Assembly (NCBI GenBank): GCA_002633005.1
Contig: NMRA01000456.1
Coordinates: forward strand, 63,147-127,146
DNA from: Phoronis australis
Lineage: Eukaryota; Animalia; Phoronida
Reading direction: 5' to 3'
Length of the DNA stretch: 64,000 nt
The notes under the pieces were generated by a model. The model was not told where the DNA came from and did not search any database. It saw only the letters and a list, made by a program, of their open reading frames with translations. A program made the position numbers and the translations under genes. Numbering within the stretch: position 1 is the first letter of the stretch; each line of letters begins with the position of its first letter. Below, piece after piece: positions 1 to 14,300 of this stretch.

Positions 1-1
1 T

Positions 2-745
2 AGTAGAGCTAGTGAACAGGATTCTGTGTTGACTGAGAATGAGAAGCATGCTCTTAGGTCCAAAGTTGGGCAATTGTTGTGGTTAGCACACCAAAGTAGA
101 CCAGATTTACTGTTTGATGTTAGTGTTGTGGCGAACAATATCAAATGTTGTACTGTAAAAGACATGCTGATGGTAAACAAGATTATTGGCAAGGCTAAAT
201 CAACAAAGATGTCTCTAAAGTATCAATCCTTAGGACAGGACAGTGACTTGTGCCTGGCTTTGTTCAGTGATGCTGCCTTGGGCAATTTACCTGACGGTGG
301 AAGTCAAGGGGGTTATTTTATTGGTTTGATAAACCAGTCTGGGAAAATAACACCTATTTGGTGGAATTCAAAGAAAATCAGACGAGTAGTTAGAAGTACA
401 TTGGCAGCTGAAACTTTAGCCATGGCAGAAGGCATTGATGTGTCTCTCTTCATAATGACACTTTTAGGTGAATTGACGTGTGGGACACCAGATTCTACTG
501 TTGTACAACTGGTATGTTTTACTGATTGTAAGTCATTATTTGAGGCAATTAAGTCACAAAAGTTTGTAACAGAGAAGAGGCTTCGAATGGAAATCAGTGG
601 TATAAAGGAACTCATTGAAAACAAACAGATTAAAGAAATTAAATGGTGTGATTCTAAAGCTCAACTAGCTGATTGTCTTACAAAACGTGGAGCATCCTCT
701 ATTGTACTGCGAAAAGTGTTAGAGACAGGCATGTTAGAACTTTAG
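2..745 (+). mobile_element. Ty1/Copia LTR retrotransposon pol, 3' part (RT C-terminus + RNase H); runs off the left edge of the window
   Basis: Uninterrupted ORF with Copia motifs: LRSKVGQLLWLAHQSRPDL (RT end), then RNase H FSDAA..SQGG, RRVVRSTLAAET, TDCKSL, QLADCLTK. The motif style resembles GalEa-like Copia (inference). Confidence 0.93.
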
Positions 746-812
746 TCAGAACATTTATTGTATACGTGTTAGTAAAACTATATTAGATAGTTTTTGGTGT
801 ATGGATCATCTT

Positions 813-1043
813 AAGGAAAAGAAAGAGAGTGGAATTTGATAACTGTATTGGAATGTGTTTATATCCTGTCATTACATATTATTCTATCCTGTTGTTGTTT
901 ATGGTTTAGTGGTTCCTGTTTTGTAGTCAGAACTACTCTATTAGTCATATAGCTAGAACCTATAGACTTCCTGTACATTTCTGTATATATTCTATTATTT
1001 GTTGATATCAATACACTTTTAGTTCGACAGCCAACTGGGCACA
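813..1043 (+). mobile_element. Polypurine tract plus putative 3' LTR of the Copia element
   Basis: Purine run AAGGAAAAGAAAGAGAGTGGAA (813-834) is followed closely by TG at 837. Candidate CA end at 1043 (..GGGCACA), with an alternative end at 1010 (..GATATCA). The 5' LTR is outside the window, so the end cannot be confirmed. Confidence 0.6.
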
Positions 1044-1110
1044 ATCTTTGTTTTACTCACGACTTTTCAGGGCTATTGGTTGATAGTCTTTTATTTTGCG
1101 ATTCACTTAC

Positions 1111-1779
1111 CTTTAAGTAATTAACGCAGACCTCTTTGGAGGAGAGCACTCCGAGAAATGGGAAGAGTATTATTGGAAGGAGGGCTGTGACTGCCAATGG
1201 AAGGGCCTCTGTTGTCCAAAACACTGCCATGACAAGTCCAGCATAACCACACTTCACAACCTATCAAGACAGGGCTGCTAATATTTTACCTTGTACACAT
1301 ATTCGTGAGTCAAAATAAATCTCAACTCCACACAGCCAGCCATCTGAGTCATTAACCTCTAAACATCAATAACTTGTGTGTGAAAATCTAAATTTTGGTT
1401 TCGATGTAGCTCTATGCTCTTGCACGGGAAAGCTCTCACCGTAGTCGCAAGTATTCGCTTAATTTAACAATAATACTATAACAATATCCTATGGAAGACT
1501 CAATAGTTCTCTGACCTGATTACATTGCGAACTGATTACAATCAAAGGCAATAATTAATATCTCACCTTGTCACCAGGACTGACAGCAACCATAGGAAAC
1601 AACAGTACGGGTGTTAGCAATATAATTATTGTCTTCTTGAACGCCCACAATTCTTGAAGCCATGCGTGAATGCCCAATTTCCTCAAAGTGTCAGCGTTCC
1701 TTGCGTGAGGCCGTGGATCGTCGCCAATCGAGTTCATGTCCACTAAGTCAGCGTTGTTTCCAACTACGGAACAGTACAT
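1111..1779 (-). CDS. SLC13A: SLC13 family Na+/dicarboxylate-citrate-sulfate cotransporter, coding exons 1-2 (gene continues left of the window)
   Basis: Exon 1 1779(ATG, start uncertain)-1567 encodes ..LWAFKKTIIILLTPVLLFPM..GDK|gtgag. Exon 2 1260-1111 is ag|VVKCGYAGLVMAVFWTTEALPLAVTALLPIILFPFLGVLSSKEVCVNYLK|gtaag, the typical SLC13 N-terminal signature. Confidence 0.9.
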
Positions 1780-4700
1780 TATTTCGTGTCGATTATCTTA
1801 CATTATTATTTTAGCAAAGGTTTTGTAATTGCGCTTGTTTTGCAAGCGCTCATATGTTAGGGAACTTCTAGGGGACTAAATAAAATTTAAAATCTTCCAG
1901 GTCTGTGGAGGAATAACAACTGAGAGGATTTCACCTCGCGAGCCGGTGGCCGAATGTCTCGCTTGTTAGGCTTTCTTAAATTTACAAGCGTAAATGCAAA
2001 GTAAATGCAAGGTGAACTAAAAGTCCAGCCGATTAATTTCAGTAGCCAATGAAAATTAGGTATTGCATAACCTGACAACAACAAATCTTGCGGATTGCGC
2101 CGAGGGGCAGTAACTATTCGGATAGTGTGGACGTGCCGCTGAGATGGGATGCTTTTCTCAATTTTCTGGTATAGGTTTGGGACCAGTTTGATATAAATTT
2201 AGGTATAGAAATGAGATGGGAAATGACAATTTTTGTTTGATGCAAGTTTTATTCTGATAATACTCTGCACAGTATAACACGGGCTTTAAAAGTCACAAGA
2301 TACAAGAGGATAGGGTATGAATTAGGGTAGATTTTTCCAGCTAAATTGTAAATATGGGTTATGTTTTAAGCCCTCGATCGATACTATACAGCCGAGAAAA
2401 AATGAATACTTACCCAAGGGTTTGTCAGAACTAACTGTGTGTTCCATCATAAGTCAAAGCAGTTAAACTAACGCTTCTCCGTAAAATAACTTGGCAAAAC
2501 ACGTTAGCTGTAGAGCGACAACAGAGACCACCTGATATAGACAGGTGCCTGATGGGCTGTCTGCCTAGTGGGACAGGTTTACAACTGCTTCATGAAGACG
2601 CCTTCATACAGTTTCCGCACGCAAACGAGACAAATAACCTGCCTCAAGTAAACATCTTTTCCAAGGTCAACAGTTTTGAATACAATTTAAAAGTAATATT
2701 ACGTAACAAGGAAGGCTCAAGTCACGGTCTGTTATGATTGCTTTTAGCTTGGGGCCAGTGGTAACAATACACAAGTGTGCCGTTAGGCCATGAAAACGCA
2801 TGTAATAAGAACATAAGAATAATTTAAACCTTGAGCTCATATTGCATGTTTGAGAGAGCTCAACTCAATTCATTTTTATCCTCCAAGTCGTACTGGCTCA
2901 CCCCACGTTGCCAGTGTAAAGAGATAATTGAGAGACTGGTTTGCGGCGTCACGGGGCTAGAGAGCTTTGTCAATGCCAGTTAGGATTAGAGTAAGGGTGA
3001 GGGACGTACGGTTAGGGTTAAGGTCATGCATAAGTGGTGTGACGTCATTTCCTTCTGATTTTCTCCGCCGAGGTTATGAGCAGCCCGCACTTCATAACAA
3101 GTAAAGAGCAGCGGTACTCACGAAAGCTTGGGAGTCTCGATGGGTGAACTACTTCACTGTACTCCGAGTCACATGTCAATTTCATACCTGGCTTCTAGCC
3201 GCGGCTGCTCAGATGGGAATCCTACACGCCGCGCCAGCTTGAATAACTTCACTATTGCCTACTCAGTATCAGCAACGCATATTACCTGCAACTAGTCACA
3301 ACAGTCCGCGCGCTGTCGCGACCCATATCTTTTATTTTCGTGTTTATCTTGTTTAGGAAAAACATTACAGTAGGCTCGTCTATACAACAATGCACCATTA
3401 CAATGCAGTCACTATCGTATTCCGCTATAGTTTTTCCGGCTCAAATTACGCGCAGAAAGGAATGGTGTGAATATAACAAGGCATGATTAAAGCAGACCAA
3501 AAAGTGAATTTTCTCTAATTCCTTTTTCTATTTAAATCATCCATTTGATTGTCCTTGTGCAAAAATTTCAAGCAGGCATGTCGGATAGCAAGGCTCTTGC
3601 CGTGCTATTTGACCGTCGGGATCGCGAGCAGGGTAGTATAGAAAAAATATTGTAATTTATCATCAAAACCTTACATGACGCAACGCGGAACGTTTTCCAA
3701 TATCTGCCATGTTCTTATCACTCGACTTCTCCTTGTCACCTCAATAGTTGTAGTGTGACAGATTTGCCCTAACATTTCACTCTTGACTGCAAGGCCTTCT
3801 GCAGGGTGGATGGCTATTTCATTTAAAAAGTAATGCACGAATAAATTTTCCACGGAATGTCACATAAATTCTTACCCTTGAAATAACGACTGAGGTCATT
3901 TTCAAGGTTAAAAACTGTGGAGTTACTTTTGACTCAATACCTTGAAAATAACGCACCGCGTTATTTTTTGTCGATAGGTCAACGTTTAATGTTATACTGG
4001 CTGAAAGTCGATCTACGGCGTTAACATTCTACGGGATATGTATTCTTTAACCCTAAGATAATTTGTGTAAAGTGGTTTGCCTGTTTTAATTAAGTTGATT
4101 TGTCATGAAGCGCATTGGCGTTGTAAATTAGGGATCATTCCACATAGTTACCGCCAGTTTCAAAAACGTAGGCCCTAACTTACTCTGGGAGGGAGGCGGG
4201 ATTACTGATACCGGTGGGAGTACGCTTTCTTTTTTTAAATTACTATTAAACCCGTGCTTCTGTCAAAATAAATTCTCGGAACACTAACCGTCGGTGTCAC
4301 TTTGTTTCGTTCTTGTTTTAGAAATGATATCTTGGTTCGGGATGAACGGGCACATCGTTGTTGCTTCAAAACAGCCTTATACATTTCAAGCCACCAGGCG
4401 GCGTGAACGTTTCGGCCCGTAGTTGAAAGTTTAATTAGATACTGACAACATGGATCAGTCTAGGTCAGGGTGAATTCATTGCAACCAATTTCACTTCTGA
4501 TACAAGATAAGAAGACAATGTCGTTCTGAAAGTGTATATATCATGTGCCTGGGAACAAATTAGTTGTTTTCGACACAAGTCAACTTACGGTTTGTAACCG
4601 CTTTAAATGTCGGTGGAAATCATCCGGTCAGAGATTTATTATTTTTGGGTCTAATTTTAAAGTGTACGTTTTGTATGCCTTAGAAACTTAATAGTTATGG

Positions 4701-5373
4701 ATGGTGCTTTAATTGTTTTAAAGAAAAGGAGATCGACACTTAATGTGACCATGCTTTCGGCGTTCTCAAAGCAGCCGTAGTACTAGCGAAAATGTCGCTT
4801 AAAATTCTATCCATCAATTTCAAACACGAAATCCAAGTTATGCGTTTTTTAATTCACTAGACCTACAGAAAACACACATCCAGCGCCCACTACAAGTTAA
4901 TTTGCAATCGCACGCTCTCGCCGGAGAACAAGACTAACCGTACTCTATAACAATTTCTTGGCCGACCATGTCCAAACGCAAGAGTATGACTCTTCAAACG
5001 TACATGCAGGTTTTGGCACGATAATTGTATACTTGTATGATATCAAGACATAGTAATAAGGCCTACTTACTTTGTAAAGGGGCAACTTTGATGGATTTCA
5101 TCACTAGATCGGACGGGTGTAATGGAATTGCAAGATGTCTTCGCTGCAGTGTAGGTCAAACGTTGCGTTGCCTCTTCTACTGATAAGTCGCGAGAGTTAC
5201 AATAAAGTAGACAGTCACGTTTTATTCGGCTACAGTGAATTTTTATTGGAACTTAAGGTTTATGACCAACAGGGCATAGCAGTAAAATTTGACAGTGGTA
5301 TAATTCTAATATGCACAATTTTGACACAAGATTTATGGCTGTGTAACAAAACTGAGCTTCACGATGAAATGAT

Positions 5374-6048
5374 AACAAGAGCAGCTAGCGCCCACCTTGT
5401 GCAACGCATATATCGCAATTACAAGAGATTCCCCTAAAAGGAGTGATGCTCGTACATGTAAACTAGCCTCTAGGGGGCGCATAGCAAGCCAGTAATGTTT
5501 TTCTCAATAGGGACACATGTGCCAAAATTAGAAACAAATTAAAACTGACACTATGGGCCACTGGTCAGATACGTCCAAAAGTCATCATACGTTGTTCACG
5601 TTCATTGAAATATACTTGCCAAATATTGCAAAGATTTTGCAATTGTTTAGGAGAAACAGCTGTGGATGCAAAAAAGCAGAACTGCAACTAGAGGGTGCCA
5701 CAGTAGTCACAATTGTTTTAAAGCCGTAGTCACCCGTGCCCTTCGAACTTTCAAAATCTTGCCAACTTTTATGAATATTCATAAAGGAACTTGGAAGATG
5801 ACAGAGGTAAACGCAGAACTTAAAATTGCTCTTAGAAAGAACACTGGCAGTCGGAGCCGTCTGACTTCTTGAAAATTCACATTACTATATCACCCGTCTC
5901 ATCTGATCTATGAAATGAGGCATGTCTGCAAAATTTCGTGAACATGCATCCAGAGGTTCTGGAGACACAGCAAGACGGACGCCAGACGGACGGACGCGGG
6001 ACAGGGATGACGGTTTAATGCGCTCGCATAAATATGTAGGGCGCATAA
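5374..6048 (+). mobile_element. Helentron/DINE-1-like (pearl-type) non-autonomous element
   Basis: Starts AACAAGAG. Subterminal GCGCCC is matched by GGGCGC in a 3' hairpin (6019-6047). It has a GACG microsatellite (GACGGACG..GACGGACGGACG) and a CAAAATTTCGTGAACATGCATCCAGAGGTTCTGGAG core. This architecture is typical of HINE elements; the family assignment is inference. Confidence 0.55.
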
Positions 6049-8331
6049 GAGGGAACACTACAATATAGCCTTATAGAGAATGTTTGAGCGGCCGATCTTG
6101 ACTAAATAGCTTCTGCAAAGTCCGCAATCTGGTGCTGCGTTGTTGACCCATTACTCCAATAGTCTTTATTTTGTAGCACATCTTCAAATATCCTATCAAT
6201 TCTGAGGCACCTCTTGATCCGTACGAAAGCTCCTTGAAAAGGCATCCATCTACACCATACGGCCGCTGTCCGCCTTGCTAACCCGATGCAGAATTAAATT
6301 TCCCCGTACAAATGACCTCATGAGTCATTATTTTCAGTGTCAAAAACGTAAATTGTATCGGGTCTAAAAGTCAACCACGTTACAGTGTGACACCACATTT
6401 CTTCCCTAAGAGATCTCTACTTTAGTTCAAACTCCATTCAAGAAATTCAGATATCACTCTATTATACACATAACCGTTCGCGCAGATTTTAGCCCTGTCG
6501 ATGAGCCGCCGGGTGATAACCCTCCATATACCTATGTGGGTGCATAAAAACCAATGATTCAATGGGTACGCCTTATTGCAATTTATTTCAGCCAGTCCTC
6601 CATTGTTCTGAAGTCCTCAATAATGCTGTAATTGTCCTGCTCCAAACAAACTGAACTTAGATCAGTGCTCATGACAAGGAGAGTTGATGACGCCAGCAGT
6701 TCTTGTATAAATCTATGGACAAAGAATGCTGTAAAATGGTTGAGGTTCTAACGGGTATACCAACACCAGTTGTATACTCAGGTTTCTGTTCTTGGAATAT
6801 TCAAACGAGTATCTAACTAAAGGCTATATCATACTTTGTGTAGCAGAAGACTAGGATATAATAAACTTGCATACACAGACTCTGTTTTGGGCCAGTTTGG
6901 CACATTTGACTCTAAAAGGTATTTTGAATCTTGGTAGAAGCAAAAGTGTGACTATATGTGCTAGTAGCCAAAGCAGACATTGTGTGTATGACCAGCTGAG
7001 TCACTGTTGTATTAATTTTATTACCTGTTTCTGGCATCATTTCTCAAGCCAAAAGCAAATTGCTATGTAACAGGGCTGGGATGAGGCCATCTAGCACAGC
7101 TATCATAATTAAGGAGGAAGGGAGCCCAGCTCTCTCAGACTGCTTTTTGGAACTTGTTCAACAGGCTTTCATCTACTGGACGTCTAAATGGACACCCCGA
7201 CAGAAATTTAGACACACTAGAACACTTTGTTCAGCATTTGGATGCTCTGTTCAGTATTTGGAAGCCCATGGTTAGCATGCAAGCATTCGTGTCTCTTTTT
7301 AATTTGCCAAAACAGCTCTGGCAGCTCACTGGCTTGTTCAAAATAAAACGTCAGTTCAGATATGTTGCACAGTATCACACCACACCATGACAGCAATTTG
7401 ACGTCATTACTCACGGATCCCCCGAGAAATTGGAACACTGATTTTTCATGTCCACTTCTTGAAATCCTGGATGAGTTCCTATTGCTCACGGCATCAAAGT
7501 TATATTTAATTTTTATTACGTTTATAAAAATTGGTTAAAAGCTTTAACATTACCCTTTTGTTGTAAGAAAAATTGCCAAATTGACCAAAAACGCCTTGTG
7601 AAAAATTAATACCACCCTTTAATTCAACTATAACTTTCCCTACATTGTGTAATGGACTATAGAAACAGTGATACATTAGTTTTCACATTGCCCTTGAAAT
7701 GGTTAGGAGTACCTGGGAACAGACTTTTGGAAAATATCTCTGCACAAGGGGAAAATAAATTCCAACAACTCTTTGGAATCATTCGAGAAAATCTCAAGTT
7801 CTGTACCTATTCTCAGTTCAGACATTAATATTCGAACAAGCAATAGACGGATTGAACCATCTATTAGATTTACGTAAGACCAGTCGTCAAATTAATACAA
7901 ATTAAAAAACAAAAGAAAGAAATATCCTAGATTAATCATCAATTTTCAAAAACAGTTTTTGAAATGCTTAACAAAAGTTTTCAAGCCACAGTGTGATCTT
8001 TGCAAATAAAAATGTTTGAACAAGTCAGAGAAAGCACACTAGTCAACGCTCAAACCCACAAGTAGAGACTAATGACCAATCAAAAACAATCAATTATCAC
8101 AGACAATCAATTATCACAGGCAATCAATTAATAAATCTTCCAGCCTCTACCTAAAATTTCCTTTACAGTCAAACACCACCAGCACAAGCTGTTACTTCTT
8201 GGCAGGTGTAGATTGCCTGTTCAAGTGCTCCAGTCTGAGCTCTCTATTATATGTAATCTCCCACCTGCAGGGGTCATGTCTGGGAGAAGGTCAGTTCACA
8301 TTACCACATAACATTGAGCAGCTCAGTGGTG

Positions 8332-11300
8332 TCAATAATTGGTGCCGAACCAGTCATTGATATATTGCAGACTTAACTGCACAGTAAGGCCAGTGATGAA
8401 ATACTGTTCTCTTTCTGGCACCTGGAAGAATAAAAGAATTAAGAATTTTCAGGATGCACACTATAATTTCATTTTGGGTGCAGGTAGCCCCTTTCCCTTT
8501 GTCACCAACGACAGTTTGCCTGATGTGCAAATTTTTGCCATGAAGGCACCGATCCCTGTCTCGTGTATGAAAACCCGTCATGAACAACAAAATGGCTGTG
8601 GGTTTTGACGTTGATATATTCCAGAGAATTATGAGATATGTCTATTCACGTTGTCAAATACTCAAGTGACAACTTGTTTGTTAGGTTACAAAACCAAAAA
8701 AGTCACTATTGGGTTACAGAGAATTGTTTTTCACAAACTGCATAATCTATGATTTAAGCTATTAGTGACATATGGGGTTTTAAGTGATTTCTCAGCAGTC
8801 AAACCCCAAATGTAGCAGCCCCTTGCTTCCTATGGCTCTAGGGCAGTAAAAGGTCATGACAGACATGCATTACTCGTATCAGGGAAACCTACTCAAATCA
8901 GTGACCAACACTGCTGTTAATCAAAACCCAGAGACGAAAGTAGAGTAGGGGGAGAGGGAGATCAAGAAAGAGAGAGAAGGGGCAAAGGATGACAGAGGAC
9001 AAAGTGTGATCAAGTGAATTATGTGGTCCAAGATCACCATTGTTATCTGTGTTCTGGCCACATGGTTCATCACATGCCTAACATATCCCGTGTACCATAA
9101 CAGAATCATTAACACCACACAGACACCATGTTGTGTTGTGTCCTTACCCACACAAGCTCCATGTTCACATTTCCTCTCTCCTCTCTCAAGCTAATCCTGT
9201 AGGTGTCACCATCGTAGTCGTAGTTTGTGGAGTCTCCAGAAGGGGTCACTTTGATAAGGGAACTAAACAAAGGCAGCAAAATTCCATATATAAGCTAAAT
9301 ATACTGCACTTGCAGAAGCAAAGAAAATTGAATTAACTTTTGTTTGTAAGACGCTGACAACTGGAAGTCACAGAACACCACTGAGTTATGAATGGCCACC
9401 TGACATTCACAAGACCAAACATGCCTGCTTTACATCTGAAACATGTTCCATGTTAGCCAAGCAATCACAACTTCCTCCTGCTGTAATAACATCGGCCTTC
9501 GGCCATCTAAGTAAAACATCGAGTTTTCCCGACTGTCTGAACACTCAAAGTAGTGTACTCACCTGAAGATGTTTAACAGCCAATTTAGGAAAAAAATATT
9601 TTACAATAATTTCTCTTTGTAATAAGCAAGGGAAGAACCTTACATAAGCTTGGGACTGAGGTTTTGTCAAAGATGATGTAGTGATATAGATTGAATTAAT
9701 TGACCAATCACATCAGTAGCACAGTAGCTGCCATTTAGCCAGAGTATACTTAGTAAGATTCCACGCATACTCATACAACGCTTTAAACTCATGCGACATG
9801 TTGTAAACAATATGGCAACTGACAGAAAACACTTGTCACTTGCATATATCAGAAATCAAATCTTACCACCTAAAATCCAAATAATGATTCAGGTAATAGC
9901 TTAAATAGCTGAGCTACTTAACAAGTAGAGTTTGGCTTCACCAGCAAAGCATTGCCACGGTGAGTTCAAAATCTGTCTTAAGTGGGGCTGATCTAAAAAA
10001 ATTCTTGAACTTTCTTGCCTGATTATGTCACATTGAGGTAATGGGCTACTTTTGTAACCAATGATCAAATGTCTTAAATAACTTTTGAAATATTAAAAGT
10101 AGACCAGTCCTATACAGCTATATATTTTCAGTCACAGAACTTCAATGTGTGCACAAAAGCAATGCCAAGACGTTCTTAACCATATGATTGTATATTTCTT
10201 CAAAAATCACGATCTTTCATGGAGTTTGCTGTATTTTCCACAAACACTGTAAATTACCTGAAAATAAATTCCGTTTCTTCATTCTATTACTTACAAAAGA
10301 ATCTCTGGGATTTTCTTTTAGTCTCAGAGCTCAGCAGTCAAAAATCAAGACTTCAATATTTCATTAATATCTTTTATTTTTAAAAGCATATTTCTCGGGC
10401 CAAAAGGTCTTAGATATGCTTCACGTTCGTGAAACTTACGACAATCTCTCTGAAAAATCAAGACTTTTTAGAAAGAATGCAATCATGCGAATACAATGGA
10501 CCCGGTTGACAGAAAGTTATTCTCTGGATAACAATAATGATGTCACATGATCACACTTCACGTTGCTATTGTTAAACAATGGACATCAGGCAACGATCAA
10601 ACTTGAACAGTGAACCCTGGGAATTATTTTTGTGCACATAATATTCTGTGATTAATGACTTTAAAATAAAGTAGTTTTATAGGTCTACAATACTTAAAAG
10701 TTGTTTAGAGATTTGATCCTTGGTAATGAAGGTAGCCAATTTCTTACACAGTAACGACAAGTTAATGGAATCTTTACGCTCAAGCAAGTTAATGGACACT
10801 TGCCTGACATCCCACATCAGTTCCCCTCTTTCATCTTCAAGCGTTAGGTCCAAGATGCAAACGTTCTGAAAATTAAAATATTCATATTAAAAAAGTAAAT
10901 TAACGTGAAATAGGTGATAATGATGATTATATTCATACACTCACAGTTCATGGTGAGGTTGGTGTTGCGGTATAGGCAGAGACTGTGAACTCCAAGTTTG
11001 ACAAAGAGGTTAAGTAAAAATTGTGAGATAATATGGTACCAGCAGCGGTGGTATAACTTGTGCTGTTTGTGTATCTGTATCATTTTAACATCTGCTGACA
11101 GATGGCAACAATGATGTACCGAAAATGATCACAAAGGCACAAATATTGACAAAAACATAACTGACATGAAACTACTGCCAAAACGGACAATGCCAAAAAT
11201 GACCATGCCAAAAAAAAGTGGCACTGGTGGAGTCGAGGACAGCAATGATGCCACTAATACCAACAACGGTGCAAAATGATCATCATCTTTGCCATCATCA

Positions 11301-14300
11301 TCATCATCATCATCATTTCCATCATCAACATCACCATCATCATCAAATTGATACAGAAACAAAGACTTCAAAAACAGGTGTCAATTGACTTGGAAAAATT
11401 TTGTTTCACCAAGTAAAGAGTTAGATGGAAAGTGAGTCAAAGAAAGGTTGTTTTATTTCCAATAGAGCATTCAAATTCAGAAAATAAACGGCACCTTAAT
11501 GACTCCTTCAAACAGATCTGTTCTCCACGGTAACTCCAGTCTCTGGTCAGAGGTGAGTATGGTATGATCTACATTCCTATCAGGACGGATGAGGGAAAGA
11601 CTGGCATATCCATTTGCTGGAACAGGAAAATGACATGCAAGCTAACAACTTCTAAAAAAGCAAGTCTTGAAGTTCAGGACACCTAGACTTCCCTGCCCAT
11701 ATGGCCGGCTCAGACCAATACACTCATGCACACTATTCCTTTCTCACGGAAACATATTCCATCCTTACACACCATTTTTCGTGTCTTGCGGACAAGTTTC
11801 TTTGCACACACACAGATGTGCCTTACTCTCATACAATATTACCACCCATGGTGCTAGGTCCTTGATCACAGACATACTCATTGATCAAGCTTCTTGATTA
11901 CCTATTTTCCTGTTAACCTCTCGTGGTGTCTAAATCAAAATTTTCAATGAATCGTTTCAATATCATGAAATGAAATAGAAATTAATCGATACTGAAGACA
12001 GCATTTGGAGAGGCAGTACACAACATCGGTGTTTAAAGTAATTCAGTACTAGTGTTCACAGGATCACGTCATACACGGACAATGGACATGTATTGTTAAG
12101 CACAGATTTCAGTGGCAGTTTCAACATAACTTCAACAAGCATTGTCAATACATAAATATTTGTTTTTGCTTTCTATTTTACAAGTTAAAGGTAGTGGTTG
12201 CAAACTTGTCAAGTTTAACACGAATTATCAAAAATTGGCGGGAACGTGTTTACAAGAAGAGACTATTCACAGCGAATTTGTGCGTAGAGATTTTACATCA
12301 AATTATGGAAGGTGGCCAACGGGAAGGGAACAGCATGCAAGAGTATAGAACAGGTTCTGCGGGTAAGAAATAACATGTTCGAGTAAAGAAATATGTCCAC
12401 AAGATACAAAAAACGGTATGGGAGGGGGTAATATGCATCTGTGACAGGGGAAAAGCGTGCGTGAGAGAAAAGTTTGTGCGCATGCAGGCCCGAGCTACAC
12501 ACAGACAGGAAAGTCTAAGGGTCCTCTAGTTGAGAGGTAGACATATTACTAGCTGGAAAAGGCAAATGCCACGCAAGGTAACATCTTAGTGAGAAACAAG
12601 CTTTACATTTTGCTACCAACACTTAAACAATAAAGTAAAAATAAATTCCTCTATTTTGGTACTTTAAGGTTCCAATGTGTTACGTTCTCATTGATAAGTA
12701 CAACTAACATTATAGGAAGTCAATTATGAATATTGTTTCATAAAATGTCAATCAACATAGAAACTAAAACGCACTTAGCTTGTGTTACTAGGGCCAATAA
12801 AACATTAAGTATGATCCACTACACTATAAAACTGTAAATTGGACTTACCTAAATTTTCTTTTTTACAGTAAAGTTTGATGAATTCTTGACTCCATATGGA
12901 ACGCTTTTGATTTCTCAATTCCACAAAGCATGAGTAGTCATGTAGACCTGAAAATTACCCATCATTCCTTGTGAATTAAATACATCCGCAGTTTCTAAAC
13001 CGAACATCAGTGAAACACAATTCAAATATGCACTTTTAAACACAATACTTGTTTTGCCCTAATTTTTACGCAAACAACAAAAAAATTTTTACTTCAGAAA
13101 TTAGACAAAACAGAATAATGCCATTTTCTCATAAAGAGCCCTGAACTGAACTTCTTGAAAATTACATTTTATTCTTAAGTCAAGCTGAATTGGCACACAT
13201 GAAGTAGCTTCATTAACTTGTGGTATATCATGTGATATGCATAAAAAGATAACTAAACACAAATAATACAAAGATATTGGCTATCACTGACATTATGTAT
13301 GATCAACTCACCATACTGGGAATCGATGTCATCAAGTATAGGTGCATGAGGTATAGGCATGAAACACCTGGAGAATAATTGCAAAATGCTTGTTATGCAC
13401 TGCTGACAGTAATATCATATTGGTCCTAGTACAATGGTACTTATATAATTTTGTTACATCTTTATTACTAAGCGCTAGTCAAAACTGTACTGTGGTAATG
13501 ACTATTACACTAACAATTGTACGGAACAAACATTCAACAAGTGATAAAAGTTGTCAGAGCAACTATACTTGAAACTATACAAAGAGCACATGGTACCATG
13601 GTCTATGCACATACTGTGCACAACACCATATCAAGAACTCTCGGGGTCCATTGGCAAAAACTGAAGCACCACAGGCAACAGAATCTACTCACTCCAATTA
13701 GGCACACTCACTCATTCCCTGATCCAAAGAGGCATCTTTCCCTCAGGTTGTGGATATGAAGGCAGAGAGCAATGAAGGCCAGTTCTCCATCTTCCTTCCA
13801 TGTGCCAACAAACAGGCCATTGGACAGAAAGTGCAAGCTAACTCTGTCATCACTGCCACCTGGTGGTCTTGTAGATGACCACTTTCTCCACTCAAATGGC
13901 ATATCTAATAACAGGGATCTTGTGCAAGGGCTAAAAATGAAAAATAAATTTTTCTCACAACAATAAGTGCAAATGTAATGAAATAGTTGTCGCAAATAAT
14001 TTTAAATAAGGTGATTTAAGCAATTTTTAAAGTACTCTTAACCCCATACAGCATCAATAAACGCAATTAAGTATAAAAATATGATGAATAAATCAAACAT
14101 CAGAAAGACTAATAAATACACAGTAATTCTTCAATTTCCGTCAGACTGCTTCAAAACTAATATGTATGATACAAAATACAACCAGTGTTCACCAGATGTT
14201 ACGTTTTTGCAACATTTGAGGCAATGTCAGCTTGAACACAATGAAGAAGTAAGAAATAAAACTAAATAACTCAAAATCACCAGTTTTCATTTAGCTGTTG

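Noticed and set aside
2975-3025. TTAGGG-like motifs
   Set aside because: Only a few degenerate units, probably inside an interspersed repeat; not a telomeric array.
11129-11371. Poly-Asp ORF (and poly-Ile/Tyr ORFs at 22489-22753)
   Set aside because: Microsatellite translations inside introns.
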